A DNA stretch of 64,000 nucleotides from Fistulifera solaris (Eukaryota). The notes under the pieces were generated by a model, which saw nothing but the letters and a program-made list of their open reading frames with translations, searched no databases and was not told the origin of the DNA. Positions 45,933 to 57,830 of the stretch are shown here, piece after piece (the first letter of the stretch is position 1; each line of letters begins with the position of its first letter). The stretch lies in the NCBI GenBank assembly GCA_030295235.1, contig AP026126.1, forward strand, positions 1,426,001 through 1,490,000, read 5' to 3'. Made by a program: the position numbers and the translations under genes.

Positions 45933-47421
45933 ATGCGCTGGACACAAATTGCTACCCGTCAAGCCTTGCGAAAGGTGACGGAATCGCCGAGAAATAGAAT
46001 CCTTGCCGCCCGGGCCTTTGGCAGCCAATCCGAAAATGAAAGAGTGCAATCGTCGTGGACTATGGCTGCTGTTTTTACTGCAAGTCTGGCGGGTGCAGCT
46101 GCAGTGACTTTGTGCGAGGACCCTGCCGAAAACTTTACGTTTGTTCGTACCTACAGCAAATCAGGATTGGCCGATCCACTAACAACCTTTGCCAAGTACG
46201 CGCAAAAGAAGGAACACGAAGAAAGACATTCACAGCAAGATGAAGAAAAGAAGCAAGATGTCTCTGTACAAGCTACTAGCACTGCCAACGGCGAAGGGGT
46301 GGATATGGCAGCAACTGCCAGTGCTGATACCCTGAGCGAAGGGGAAGCGAAGATTGAGGCAGAAGCACGCAAGCTAAAGCAGCACTCTGGAGGCCTTAAG
46401 GTCTTCAGTGGAAACGGTAACATGTCTTTGTCGCTCGAGATTGCTCGCCATCTCGGCATTAATTTGGGTAAGGCAACGGTTGGAAGATTCGCCGATGGCG
46501 AAGTGAACTGCGTCATTAATGAGAATGTGCGCGGAAAGGATGTCTATATCGTACAACCCACTTGCCCACCTGTTAACGACAATATTATGGAGCTTCTTCT
46601 TATGATTTCTACGCTGCGACGTGCCAGTGCTCGTCGTATCACTGTCGTAATCCCCTATTACGGCTATGCTCGCCAGGATCGAAAAATGCAGGTAAGAGAT
46701 TCGCAACAGAAATGATAGCCAAAAGGGCCAAAACAAAGAACGTTAACAAAGTTATTTTCAGGCACGCGTGCCCATTTCAGCTGCCGACGTGGCCCGTTTG
46801 ATGGAAGCCATGGGTGTCGACAGAGTCATTGCTGTGGATTTGCACTGCGGACAGATCCAAGGATTCTTCGGACCTCGTGTTCCAGTCGATAATCTGGACG
46901 GCGGAATTGTGGGTCTAGACTATTTTGGCTGCAAAGATCTTCACAACCCTGTCGTCGTAAGTCCAGATGCCGGTGGTGTGTATCGAGCAAAGAAGTTCAA
47001 GGAGGGTCTTGAGCAGAAGTACGAAATGAATGACGTCGGTCTTGCCATGATTGTCAAACAGCGTGCACGCGCTGGTGCTGTCGACCAGATGGACTTGGTT
47101 GGTGATGTCAAGGATTGCGATTGCATTTTGGTTGACGATATGATTGATACGGCAGGAACGCTGTGTAAAGCAGCAGATGTCCTTATTGCCAGTGGCGCAC
47201 GTCGAGTCTTCGCGTTTGCCAGTCACGGTCTTCTCAGTGGTCCAGGAAATGATCGTATTGCAAACTCAAACATAGAAGAAGTTGTCATTCTCAACACAAT
47301 TCCGACTTCTCCTCAGCGAGAAGCCAACGAAAAGCTAACGGAGCTCAGCGTTGCACCCCTGTTGGCGCAAGCCATCTTTAACATTCATGCCAAGAAGAGT
47401 ATTTCCGCTCTTTTCAAATAA
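45933..47421 (+). CDS. PRS: Ribose-phosphate pyrophosphokinase (class I PRPP synthase) with organellar extension
   Basis: [53 protein letters not shown]. Intron 46692-46761. Confidence 0.95.
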
Positions 47422-47556
47422 AGTATAAATTTGTGTACGCACACAGCAAGTTAATGACAATGATCTTTTTTAATTTGGATTCACGGATTTTTCGTAGTTG
47501 ATTGAAAAAGTCTCGTGTCAACCTTGGTGACTGTCCGGTGTGTTGTCCGTTTTTCG

Positions 47557-47579
47557 CCATGACTGGAATTCAGTCATGA
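47557..47579. promoter_or_regulatory. Dyad motif CCATGACTG-N5-CAGTCATGA upstream of the POR-like SDR
   Basis: Same dyad and 5-nt spacer as at 27941 and 28166. Confidence 0.5.
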
Positions 47580-47680
47580 GATGCCCGTTTTGCTTGCAAC
47601 GTTTCACGCGCATCGAACCGATGCGATTGGTATTTTTTTCTCGTTGTCTTCACCGAAAAGTTGACGCTTCAATATCTAAA

Positions 47681-48991
47681 ATGAGATCGACACTCATATT
47701 TCTAGCTTTTCTTGCTGCTCGAGTTGGTTGTTTTACGACCCGTCCTTATGACGTTTCATCTATAGTCAACCGGGAAACGGAACTGTTAGCTACCCGACGA
47801 GATGTGCTGATACAAAGCAGTAGCGTGGTGCTTGCCTCCCTGTTGTCAGGAAAGCCTGCTCTAGCTGCTGCCCCCTCTACTATACTCATAACAGGTGCTA
47901 ATTCGGGTGTCGGTTTCGAAGCTTGCAAGCGTCTTGCACAAGATGGCCATAATTTAATTCTGGCGTGTCGTACCATAGAGAAAGCGACTGCTGCCGCAAA
48001 TAAACTAAATCCACTCAGTGGCGGCGGATCTATCATGCCAGCAGAATGCGATCTTGCTAGTGTAAAATCAATTGATGGATTTGTTAATAAGCTTCCCGGA
48101 CTACTGGGAAGCGGCGCGAAAATTCATGCCGTATGTTTGAATGCAGGACTGTCACGGAACACTGCGGCAAAAGATTGCGCCAGAACGGCCGACGGGTTTG
48201 AGTTGACCGGTGAGAATAGTTTATTTGCACACAATCAAATACATACGACATGATGCTCATCATAATGCCTCTCAACGTTTTCTTTCAGTTGGAACAAATC
48301 ACTTTGGACATTTTTATCTGAATCATCTAGTTCTACCCTTTGTCGATCCTAACGGGAAGATCATCGTCACTGCCAGTGGTGTTCATGATCCAGAGAGTCC
48401 TGGTGGGGCACAAGGCGAACCTGCAGGACTGGGTACTTTGGACGGGCTAGCTAGGCAAGGAAAGAGCTGCGAGATGATTGACGGTTCGCGTTTTAACGCT
48501 GACAAAGCCTACAAAGATAGCAAGGTAAGTAAAAAGCTATCACCATGTCGTTTCGTTGCCCTATTCGTAACCATAACTAAGATTTTACACAGCTCTGCAA
48601 CGTGCTTTTTACGCGAGAACTTCAAAGGCGCTTGGAAATGAATGCTGGCACCAAAGGTATTATAGTCAACTGCTTTAATCCAGGTTTGATAGTAGGCACG
48701 GGCCTCTTTCGTGACCAAAATCCAATCTTCACCAAAGTTTTTGATTTTGCGGCTACCGATCTATTCAAGGTTGGCGAAACTCCCGACTGGGGTGGTGGGT
48801 GCTTGGCTTATATGACTACCGTCGACACAAGAGGGCTCTTCTATAGTAGTGCCCCTGGCTCATCTAAATACGGCGATGCAGCTTTTGGCAGCCAATTCAA
48901 ACCCTTTGCAATTAGCAAAGAGGCTCAAGACGACGCAAAAGCAAGATTACTATGGGAGTTAAGCGCAAAAGAGCTCGGAATTCCGGCATAG
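47681..48991 (+). CDS. Protochlorophyllide-reductase-like short-chain dehydrogenase, 3 exons
   Basis: ITGANSGVG, CDLAS, NAG, VGTNHFGHF, AYKDSKLCN, PGLIVGTGLFR. Introns 48210-48288 and 48525-48592. Confidence 0.85.
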
Positions 48992-49515
48992 ATACCTTTT
49001 CTATCGGACTAAAGGGCATGGTTCCACAATGATACTCATATTGCAAGTCGCTAATTAGCATTTATTTAGAAAACTTTCGCTGCGTGTTCTATCTCTATCC
49101 TTGGTTAGGAGACACTAAAAATTTCATCGAACTCCGGGCAACTAGATTGAATTCACCAGCACCAACATCCGCAGAAGGTTTGTTGAAAAGCACTGCCATC
49201 AAGAAGTGACCAAAAGTATAGCAACAACAATGCAGCTTCTACACTCAGCTGCGTCTTGTCAACTCGGAAATTCAAAAATGAGCGCCAAAGTGGGACTGTC
49301 CACAAGACTGCTCGGTATTCGTAAGATGTAATAATTTTGGGTAGAATCTGAGACGCCCTAGCTACGGCCCCATCGATCCCCACGGTTCTTATTTTATGAG
49401 TTTGCACGAGGATTCGCATATAGCGCTATCGTCTTGGTGTGCTTACTTTCAAGAACTCCTTAAATTGTGGTTTGTACACGAATGATGGTTACAAAGCTTT
49501 ATGTGATAACGGACA

Positions 49516-50346
49516 TTAACGACGGCTCCTTTTCAAAGTTGATGTTGCAGTTCGTTCTTTCGAAGATCGCCTCGGAGAGTCTATGGTTCGAGGTGCCCAT
49601 TTGAGATTATCAAGAACTTCATCATCGGATAGAATACGCCATTGTCCGATCTCTAAGCCCGCGAGGGTAAGATTTGCTCCGATCGAAACCCTTTGCAATT
49701 GGATGACGCCAGATCCCAACGCGTGAAACATTCTGCGAACTTGTCTGTTTTTACCTTCATAAATGGTCAAGGACACTTTCGTCGTCTTGTGGGAAGGATG
49801 CTCGAGAACAACTATATCACGGGCAGGCTCGGTATGACCTCCGTACTTGTGTCCAATATCAACGCCTTTTTCACGAATAGTACGGATCACAATGGAGTCG
49901 TTATCGTGATAGCCCATGATGACGGCTTCGTAAGTTTTTCCCGGTGAACCGAGTTCGAGGCTAGTCTTAGAGCTTTTATTCGTGACATGATGAACCAGTC
50001 CACCATCGTTTGTGATGAGAAGTAAACCAGTTGTATCCGCATCGAGTCGCCCCACAGCATTCCATTCGGTTGGGTTCACTCCAGTGAGTTGCTGCAACGT
50101 CTTGTTCAAATCGGACGAAGACGAGGAAACGAACCCACACATTGACAAAACATCTTGATAGACGTTTACTCGGCCCTTCACATCAATCTCCTCGTGTGTT
50201 GTGACTACACCGGAAGGCTTATTGTACAAAAGAACAACCGTTCGTCTGATGGGGATGGCGAAGCCGAATGGATGATCACGTGAGGCAAGGAGCAGACCGA
50301 GCCAAGCAAGGGTTATCACTCTCGACAAAGGCTTTCCAAGCATCAT
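49516..50346 (-). CDS. RsuA/RluB-family rRNA pseudouridine synthase (organellar)
   Basis: LYNKPSGVVTT, VGRLDADTTGLLLITNDG, KTYEA, YEGKNRQVRRMF, LQRVSIG. Confidence 0.9.
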   Translation of the reverse strand: MMLGKPLSRVITLAWLGLLLASRDHPFGFAIPIRRTVVLLYNKPSGVVTTHEEIDVKGRVNVYQDVLSMCGFVSSSSSDLNKTLQQLTGVNPTEWNAVGRLDADTTGLLLITNDGGLVHHVTNKSSKTSLELGSPGKTYEAVIMGYHDNDSIVIRTIREKGVDIGHKYGGHTEPARDIVVLEHPSHKTTKVSLTIYEGKNRQVRRMFHALGSGVIQLQRVSIGANLTLAGLEIGQWRILSDDEVLDNLKWAPRTIDSPRRSSKERTATSTLKRSRR

Positions 50347-50652
50347 CTCCGATATTGACTCAATGAGAACAAATAAGAAGTTTTGCGTGTTCTGTTCATT
50401 ATGCGTCACTCTCTGTGTTCATTTGACTTCCAAATTACTACGGCATGCGTTGATCCCACAAACAAAGGTCTTTCGGAAGTCGGTAAGCACGCCCAGTCAA
50501 AGGAAATCTTGGTGTTTGATCTGTCATCGACAAAATTGGAAAAACCGTTGAAGTCGATTGTCCTCCATTTGCAAACAAATTTTGACAAATTTCGGAGCAG
50601 TTCTCAAAAGCGCAACTACCGTAGTTAGGTTGTGCGATTTTCACTGAAGATA

Positions 50653-51654
50653 TCAGGAATGTACAGGCAGTATGGAATGTAGATTAGTCCATTCGACTTT
50701 CCAGTCGATTGCGTTATCCACGACATCATCGACATCGAAAGGACCCAAACAAGTACATGCTACTCCAAGGACGTCAGATAATTCAGAATCTCGCAAAGCA
50801 AGGAAGCGAAAACGCCAGTTGGATTTACGAATACATGATGACCCCGGACTTGAGCTTTCAGCTTTTTTGACAGAAATGGTGCCGTCGAGGTCCAACATGA
50901 GATCTGTGTCGTTTTGTGAGCCGCGGTTTATTAATAAACTCCACAGTCCGCAATTTTTTGGCGACTTAAGATCCCATGCAACCTCAAAACTAGAAAAGTC
51001 GCATCCAAGACCAACACCAAGGGCTTTCGATACCGCTTCTTTGACCGACCATTGTACATAAAACTCCTGGAGGACGAAGTCCTGTTGCGCTTTAATTGTG
51101 AGCCACTCGCTTTTAGTAAAACTGTTCCGAAACACAGCGACGAACTCTTCGACTGTGTTATACAAACGAGTGTTTAATTTTTCAAAGACCACAATGTCAA
51201 GTCCGACGCCCCATGATTGTTTGCTTTCATTGGGTACGAGTCTGCTTATTCCGATGAACGGCCACTGATGCGAAACGCTAATCGAATATTCTCTCTCGTC
51301 GATTGAAGGAATGAAGGGCTTTTGATGTTCGGTACGCGGTAATTGCACGAAAGCATCTTGAGGATAGCGATGAGATAGAAAAAATGCTTCACTTTTTAAG
51401 AGAAAAGAAGCCAAAGCAATGATACGATCATTCACTTTGACGAACTTTCTTATGTTGTGAAGGATTTCACACCTCGTTTTGTCCATGTTATCAGGCAAAG
51501 CAACGCCGACTGTTCTAGCACGAATATACTCCTCAGCAGAATATACCTTGAAATTGGGATGCCCGAACGTCTGAAGTAAGGTATCGAGTTCAACCTCTCG
51601 TACCTCAGAAACATTTAGAAGCCGCACTTGGACTTTATAAGTATTATTTCCCAT
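50653..51654 (-). CDS. Sfp-type 4'-phosphopantetheinyl transferase
   Basis: RTEHQKP, SVSHQ, GVGLDIV, FYVQWSVKEAVSKALGVGL. Confidence 0.85.
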   Translation of the reverse strand: MGNNTYKVQVRLLNVSEVREVELDTLLQTFGHPNFKVYSAEEYIRARTVGVALPDNMDKTRCEILHNIRKFVKVNDRIIALASFLLKSEAFFLSHRYPQDAFVQLPRTEHQKPFIPSIDEREYSISVSHQWPFIGISRLVPNESKQSWGVGLDIVVFEKLNTRLYNTVEEFVAVFRNSFTKSEWLTIKAQQDFVLQEFYVQWSVKEAVSKALGVGLGCDFSSFEVAWDLKSPKNCGLWSLLINRGSQNDTDLMLDLDGTISVKKAESSSPGSSCIRKSNWRFRFLALRDSELSDVLGVACTCLGPFDVDDVVDNAIDWKVEWTNLHSILPVHS

Positions 51655-53048
51655 TGCTTCACAACTCGTGTCCTATCAAATGACATTAGCATTCCGATGA
51701 ATGGGGCTTCGAATAGAAGATTGAATAATCAATTGTCGTACGTGCAATGGTTCGCAATATCTCGCCACAAGGAGACCTTGCCTCGCCGTTTAGTCCACTT
51801 TGACCATGGTCGCATTTTCAACAGGCACGCGCCTGGCGCAATTTTTTCAACATTTTTTTGCACTCTACCAGAATCTGTAGGCAGCGTTTCAAGTCCCGGA
51901 AAGTGGTATCATTAAGATTTAGTCACGACCTCGGAGAGAAGGCCCAGTCTGTCCTTGCACCCCTCGATGACATTTCTTGCTTCGATTACCTGGTACGGTA
52001 CCGGTACTGATAACCTTACCAGGTACCGGTACCTGCCGTACCAGGTACTGCTCCCAAAGCTGCTCCAAATCAAAGGTTACAGTTGCGACGAATGACCGTG
52101 CAACTTTCTGATTTTAGACTTCCCGCCTCAATTCGCTCCACCTTTCAGTCTCGCACGATACTGGCAAGTGAAAGAAATATGCTCTCTTGATGAGGGAAAT
52201 GCGCGCTTTGGCAACTTTAACCTCATCATCTTAGGAATTTGTGTACCGTGTCGCCTTGCTTCTTTGAATGACGTTGAGGATACGCGGGCGTGTTGCTCAA
52301 GCTTATGTCTACGAAATAGGTTGTCGGAATCGCGAGCTTGATGAAGAAGTACGCAGCTTATCCGTTTATCGCCAAGATTCTATTCAATACGAGAGAGCAA
52401 TCAATAAATTAATTTCTCATGAATCCTGAACAAGAAAGTTTATTACCAATAAAAAAACGAATGCTGGCTTCCTATCACGAAAGTACTGTGCTGAAAACTA
52501 ACTCACTCGCCTACAAACTCAAACTGGAGACATTTTGTGGCATTTTTCAGTGGCTGAGCTCCACCGTGTTTTGATCTTTTGCGCTCTGAGAACATCGGGC
52601 GCTATGTTTTACAATAAACGAGAAGCTGATTTGTAACTGTCGTGGCTTAGAAGCATTGTAATTCTGTATTGTACCAGGTATCGTTTACGGCCTTCTTGCA
52701 GACGCTGTTCCAGGGAATCGATTGTACTCAAATTGATGCTGTGATGACAATTTGGTCAAACACTAATGGATACACCTCTTTCCGCGGCGTGTCCTGCTTT
52801 TTTTCGTTTGAAGAAATGATTCGTAATCCATGATCAATCGGACTCTTGGTGCATGCGTTACCGGTTACCGATGCATTGAGATACGAGGATGCGCAGCTGA
52901 CATGAATACCGTCGAAACATAAGACCACCATATTAGACTGTTCCCTGTGGAAACCTGGTGGTCTCTATCAGGCCACTAGAGATAAATCTTGGACGGCGCG
53001 AAACTAGTTTTCTGAAATTGGATGCCGCGTATTGGCATTGATTGAAAA

Positions 53049-54664
53049 TCAATTATGACTAGCTAAAGGAAGTTGACTCCGTCTTGCAATCTCTTGTTTG
53101 TGGCGACTTGCAAAGGCGATTCGTACTGCTTTTTCAAAGTGCTTCTCGTCAAGATCTTGCTTCCGAGCTAGTTGGCTTTGCAAAACAATAACACTTGTAT
53201 CGTACGTGCTATCTTTGAATTGCGTAGGTCGTAAATGCTGGGCTCCCTCAATGTATCCGTGGCTTCGCGCCGAAAGGACGATATGGAGGCGGCAACATTT
53301 TCCACGCACCATTCGCATAAATGAAGCCTTGGCGAAAGTCTTTGCTTGGGGTGCACTGGCTGAGGTGTCGAATGTCGGAACAATGATTGCATACGTCAGG
53401 CATTTGTTATTTTGATCAGCATCATGAATTGAGTGCTCAATGTTGTCCACCATAGCATTCATCAATCCAGGAGAGAACGGAGGGTTTGCTTCCAAGCAGC
53501 CTTCGACCGGAACGACATTTGCGAAAAAGTTTCCAACGGATCCAAAATGCCAGTCAAGGTCTTCTGAGAACGCTGAGTTAAAGCAGGGCGAGTATGCATT
53601 CAAGGGTGATGCAAAACATTCGTGTACAGGCGAACTACTGAAAAAGTCACCGAGTACTTGAAACACTTCGGAATGAACTGCTCCTTCCATTCCTCCTCCC
53701 CTGAGATCGTCTAAGAGCTGACCACCCGAAAGAGAGGAATATCGCAACACCATGGTCATGACAATTAAATGAAATGCCTGTTTTTCTTTTCTGTCTACAC
53801 CAGTAGATCGCGTCCACTCAAGTTTCGAGGATGTGTCCAAGGCGTGAACGCGAATGAAACGGTGTTCGAGTTTCTCGTAATGCGACTTATTCAACTTGAT
53901 CAGGAAAGGTTTTTTCCACTTCTTTCGGCTAAATTGGAGCGCCACGCAAGATCTGTCATCTTTTGATCAAATTCGATAGTGATTTTTTCGTTTTTTAAAG
54001 GTGTTTGATGCGCACATCGACGGGCTTGCGACTGAATCTCAGGAATGGCCGTTCTTTGTGTTCGTCGGCAAAGTTCCTTCACGATGTTAAGTGCTGCATT
54101 CTCTGCGTCATTGTCGTTCTCCTTTAAGTGCTCAACAAGTTCTCTAACAAGACGTTTGGAAGCAGAATGTTCTTCCGAAACGTTTCCCGTAAGAACGGGA
54201 TCAGCAGGTGTAACTCGTGACAACATTTCCTCTATCTTGCTGTCTAGTAACCATCGCTCGAACGATGGAATTTTGACACCAGTTTGCAAGATAAATTTAG
54301 AAAGCTCTTTGATCTGGAAATGCCTCGCTAGCTCGACTTCGAACGACGGGAGCAAACCAGGTGTATAATCGCCTTTCTTTACGAATAGACCTAAGGAAGA
54401 ATTCCATTCCTGAACCCGTCTTTGTAACTCATTACGGTATTCGTGTGGCACTTGTACTGCTAGCCCCTGAACACTATCCGAAGTTTCGATGCCAGGAAAA
54501 GGTTGTAAAGTTGCCTGGGGTCGAGATGCTGAAGCAAATGCTTCCAGTTCCTGAAGACAATCGTCGATTGACGTCGCTTCAGATGCATGATTCGTCCCTG
54601 AAACGAGGAACAAATCAGACGTCGTTGTTTCGGCGCGCTTGCGCTTCTTGGTTGTCTTAACCAT
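53049..54664 (-). CDS. PCIF1: Cap-specific adenosine N6-methyltransferase (PCIF1/CAPAM family)
   Basis: MVLRY, ECFASPLN, FGSVGNFF, EANPPF, HGYIEGAQH. A-run frameshift at ~53961-53964. Confidence 0.85.
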
Positions 54665-55081
54665 TAGAACTACAAATGAGAAAGCTTCCTACTCGTTTCA
54701 ATCGAATACGAAGCATCGTAAACAATATCGTCTCTTTCGTTTTGGTTATGCAGGATTATACGTTTCTTCGCGGTAGATGACAGACAGACAAGGAGCAACT
54801 GGAGGTGCTATTGAAGCTAAGTTCCCTTTACTCCTCTTACTTGTAGTCTATTCCTTTCAGCGAGAGTCCGTCTATTTTGGTTTAACTTACAAGTAGCCAG
54901 ACAACGTGTTTAAAAACCATTCTCTCATTATTTGATATATTTCGATCACTTTTTCCTTTTGCGTAAAACAGTTCTGTAAGTCAATGTACGGGTAGTTGTC
55001 TGCGTCAACTGCAGGTCAAATACTAGAACATACGGATCATGGTGGTAGGAATAGGCATGCTCTTAGTTTAATGGTGAGATA

Positions 55082-55522
55082 TTAAGCGGTCAACAGACAT
55101 GCGCCACCGGCTTCCTTGATTTTCTTTTCAGCCAACTTGGAGAAATATTTCGCCTTAACAATAACAGGTACCTTGATTTCACCATTACCGAGCAATTTGA
55201 AATATCCTTTAGATACAAGATCAATTACAGGCGCCTTGCCGCCACCGTTCTTGGCAGCCTCATAAACTCCCCTCACCAGCAACGTTGAAAAGCTTGTCAA
55301 TGTTGACAGTGGGGGTGTAGTCTCGGTTTCGCAGCAAGTGGAATCGACGCATACCGATCTTACCGAAATAACCAGGGTGGTACTTATCCATGAGTGTTCG
55401 GTGGTGGTGTTGACCACCGGCATTACCACGACCACCGGGATGCTTACGGTGCTTTCCGATACGACCATGTCCAGCAGAGACGTGACCTCTCTTTTGCGGT
55501 TCTTGTGATCACGGGTCGGCAT
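55082..55522 (-). CDS. RPL27A: 60S ribosomal protein L27a (uL15); probable 5'-UTR intron 55719-55527
   Basis: [31 protein letters not shown]...[30 protein letters not shown]. Compensating indels at ~55493 and ~55270. Confidence 0.95.
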   Translation of the reverse strand: MPTRDHKNRKREVTSLLDMVVSESTVSIPVVVVMPVVNTTTEHSWISTTLVISVRSVCVDSTCCETETTPPLSTLTSFSTLLVRGVYEAAKNGGGKAPVIDLVSKGYFKLLGNGEIKVPVIVKAKYFSKLAEKKIKEAGGACLLTA

Positions 55523-56108
55523 ATTTCTGCAAAGTATTATAGAGAACAGATCTGTAAGAATATGTCTCGCGGTAATATTGTGTGCTCTCGAGAAAAGACG
55601 ATATAGCGACAAGGATTTCCCAGCTGATATTGGTGTGTATTGCGTCCAGTTATCGCTCCCGCACACATCCAGTTCTCTTCGACTTGGCCAAATAAAATAA
55701 GAATTCTCTCAAATCTTACCTCTATCAAGTCAACAACAAGTGTAATGCCGTTACAAGAGGATCGTCTTGATGATTGCAATCAAATACGGTGCCGTCTGTT
55801 TTGTGAAGCGTGAAAGTAGCAAAGCGGTAAGTGGTAAACGGTAGACGGCTTGACGCTTTTACATAAAACAACAAGGAGTATGGAAATAAACGTGGTGTAC
55901 CGTTACGACGTCAGAAGACCCAAGACCCAAGACCCAAGTCAATAACCTTAAACTTACTTACAATGCGTTATAACGGTGCGCCGTACGTCGGGTCAAAAAA
56001 TTTTCGTTGACAAACACATCCAGATTGCGATGTCCATGTCCATGTCCATTTCATGTTTATTTATATCGCTACAACTCCCTTATCGAAGAACAGAAGGAAA
56101 GCTTTTTA

Positions 56109-57434
56109 ATGTGGCGATCCCTCGCAAAACAAGCGGAAATGACCTTCGGGCGTAGGGCTTTAATCGTCTTTACGAGACCGATTTCTTCGTTCGTTGTACA
56201 AGAGCAAATTTGCAAGCCACGAGGAAATTGCAAGAATGGGCATGTACGAAAGATTTCCTACAAGCTTTTACAACCTCCTAATAAAAACAAAGTGCTACAA
56301 AGTAAAGACTGGTTTTCTAGTGCAAGCGGCCCTGTTCCAACTAACATTACCTCACTGAGGAGTCTCGTGAAGCCCTTTTTGCTCAAGTGTCACCCTGATA
56401 TGCAACAATCGGAGCTATCTAAAACAGTCAACCTATCGGCCATTCAGAATCTTAACGCCTATCTTGATTCTATTCAAGAAATTTTGTCATCGTCTGTGGC
56501 TAGAGAACCATCCGTACGTTTGTTTGAAGTCGATTTTATCATGACTCATAGCGACGACCCCAAACGGCGTGTTAAAAACAAGAAACTCCAAGCTGACGCG
56601 GAATATACGAGCCGTCGAAAGATAGAGCTAGCACTTCCTCCGCTCGACTTGTGTCGAGAAGCTGCGACCAGCCCGTCGGTGCGTCCCCGCATTCATCGGC
56701 ATTCGGCGGGACAGCTGCTTCGACTGTTGCGAATGGCGAGTCTCTCCGTACCACAGAGTCTAGAAGATCATGTGGAAGATGGATATAACGAACAGCAGCC
56801 AGAACGAACACGGATGAATATATGGGATTTAGAAGTAGATTTAGACAAAGATTTTGGCGCGCGCCGTTCGTATGGGGCGCCGCGCCGCGAAACGCCGTAC
56901 GAGGAGAGCCGTCGAAAGTTCGTGGAACGGATCAATTGGGAAAAGTACGATCGCATGTATGAAAAAGCCGTAGCCGACATGGAAGCTGACTTTGCTACCA
57001 GAGGACTACTAGCCAACAACCCCGTTGGGCAACGTCGAATGATTGCGAATGTTCTTTCGAAGGTGCGCATAGGTAAAGAGATATCGGGATGGGAACAGCT
57101 GGTTGCTGTGCGACGGTTGTCTCTTCTCTTCCAGCAAAACTTTGAACTACTGCACATGGAAGAATTCGGTAGGTTGTGGGAAAAGTGTGCCATTGTGCTG
57201 ACGCCAACTCGCAATTTCAATACAAGTCCCTCCGCTTTGCATAAGCGACGTTTGAAACAGGAAGAAACAGGATTTGCTTTTACTTTGCATCCAGATTTCT
57301 CCATCACCATTGAGATCCCTTTGGATTTTGGTGATGAAGAAGTGATACGGGAATTGGAACGAAATGTATGGGACATGTATGATCTGATCCAGGAAGGTTT
57401 GGAGGATATTGTAGATGCGGAGATGCTCACATGA
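56109..57434 (+). CDS. Mitochondrial-type protein with DUF4460 (TCAIM-like) N-terminal domain
   Basis: LVKPFLLKCHPD...VNLSAIQNLNAYLD; Arg-rich presequence. Confidence 0.6.
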   Translation: MWRSLAKQAEMTFGRRALIVFTRPISSFVVQEQICKPRGNCKNGHVRKISYKLLQPPNKNKVLQSKDWFSSASGPVPTNITSLRSLVKPFLLKCHPDMQQSELSKTVNLSAIQNLNAYLDSIQEILSSSVAREPSVRLFEVDFIMTHSDDPKRRVKNKKLQADAEYTSRRKIELALPPLDLCREAATSPSVRPRIHRHSAGQLLRLLRMASLSVPQSLEDHVEDGYNEQQPERTRMNIWDLEVDLDKDFGARRSYGAPRRETPYEESRRKFVERINWEKYDRMYEKAVADMEADFATRGLLANNPVGQRRMIANVLSKVRIGKEISGWEQLVAVRRLSLLFQQNFELLHMEEFGRLWEKCAIVLTPTRNFNTSPSALHKRRLKQEETGFAFTLHPDFSITIEIPLDFGDEEVIRELERNVWDMYDLIQEGLEDIVDAEMLT

Positions 57435-57830
57435 AATTTTTAATTGTCAGTCTACGGAATGCATTTTCATTTTTGCTCTAAGAATCTAAGGACATATAAA
57501 TAATAGATTCTTGGGTCGGCGTACCAGGTAGTCTTTTACTACTTGAAATAATTTGGTACGCGGTTACCTTATTATTGTCACACCGAAACGCGAGTCAATG
57601 AGTCGTGAAAAGGCGAGGCGAGATGCATGGGTCGTGTACCTGGTACTTGTACCTGGTATTATGTGTTTTGAAAAAAAGAAACAAAATGGACGAAGACAAA
57701 ACTTACACACGCAAGCCCCATCTCGCACTTCAGATTTCAAGCAATCGTTACAACACAAGTCGCAACCGTTCCGGCAGTTTTGGAAAGAATTACTGTTGAT
57801 TATACTATCACTGAATAAATTTTTGGCAAC

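Noticed and set aside
50653..51654. PKS/NRPS cluster around the Sfp-type PPTase
   Set aside because: No carrier-protein, ketosynthase or adenylation-domain genes are visible in the window.
51655..53048. Hidden gene or ncRNA in the 1.4-kb gap
   Set aside because: Only short motif-less ORFs and no recognisable RNA structure; cannot be excluded without transcript data.
55082..55522. RPL27A and other frameshifted genes as pseudogenes
   Set aside because: Breaks sit in homopolymer runs and conserved protein sequence continues without other decay; sequencing error is the simpler explanation.
56768..57430. 220-aa antisense ORF, and similar antisense ORFs throughout the track
   Set aside because: Shadow frames of real genes on the opposite strand, with no motifs.
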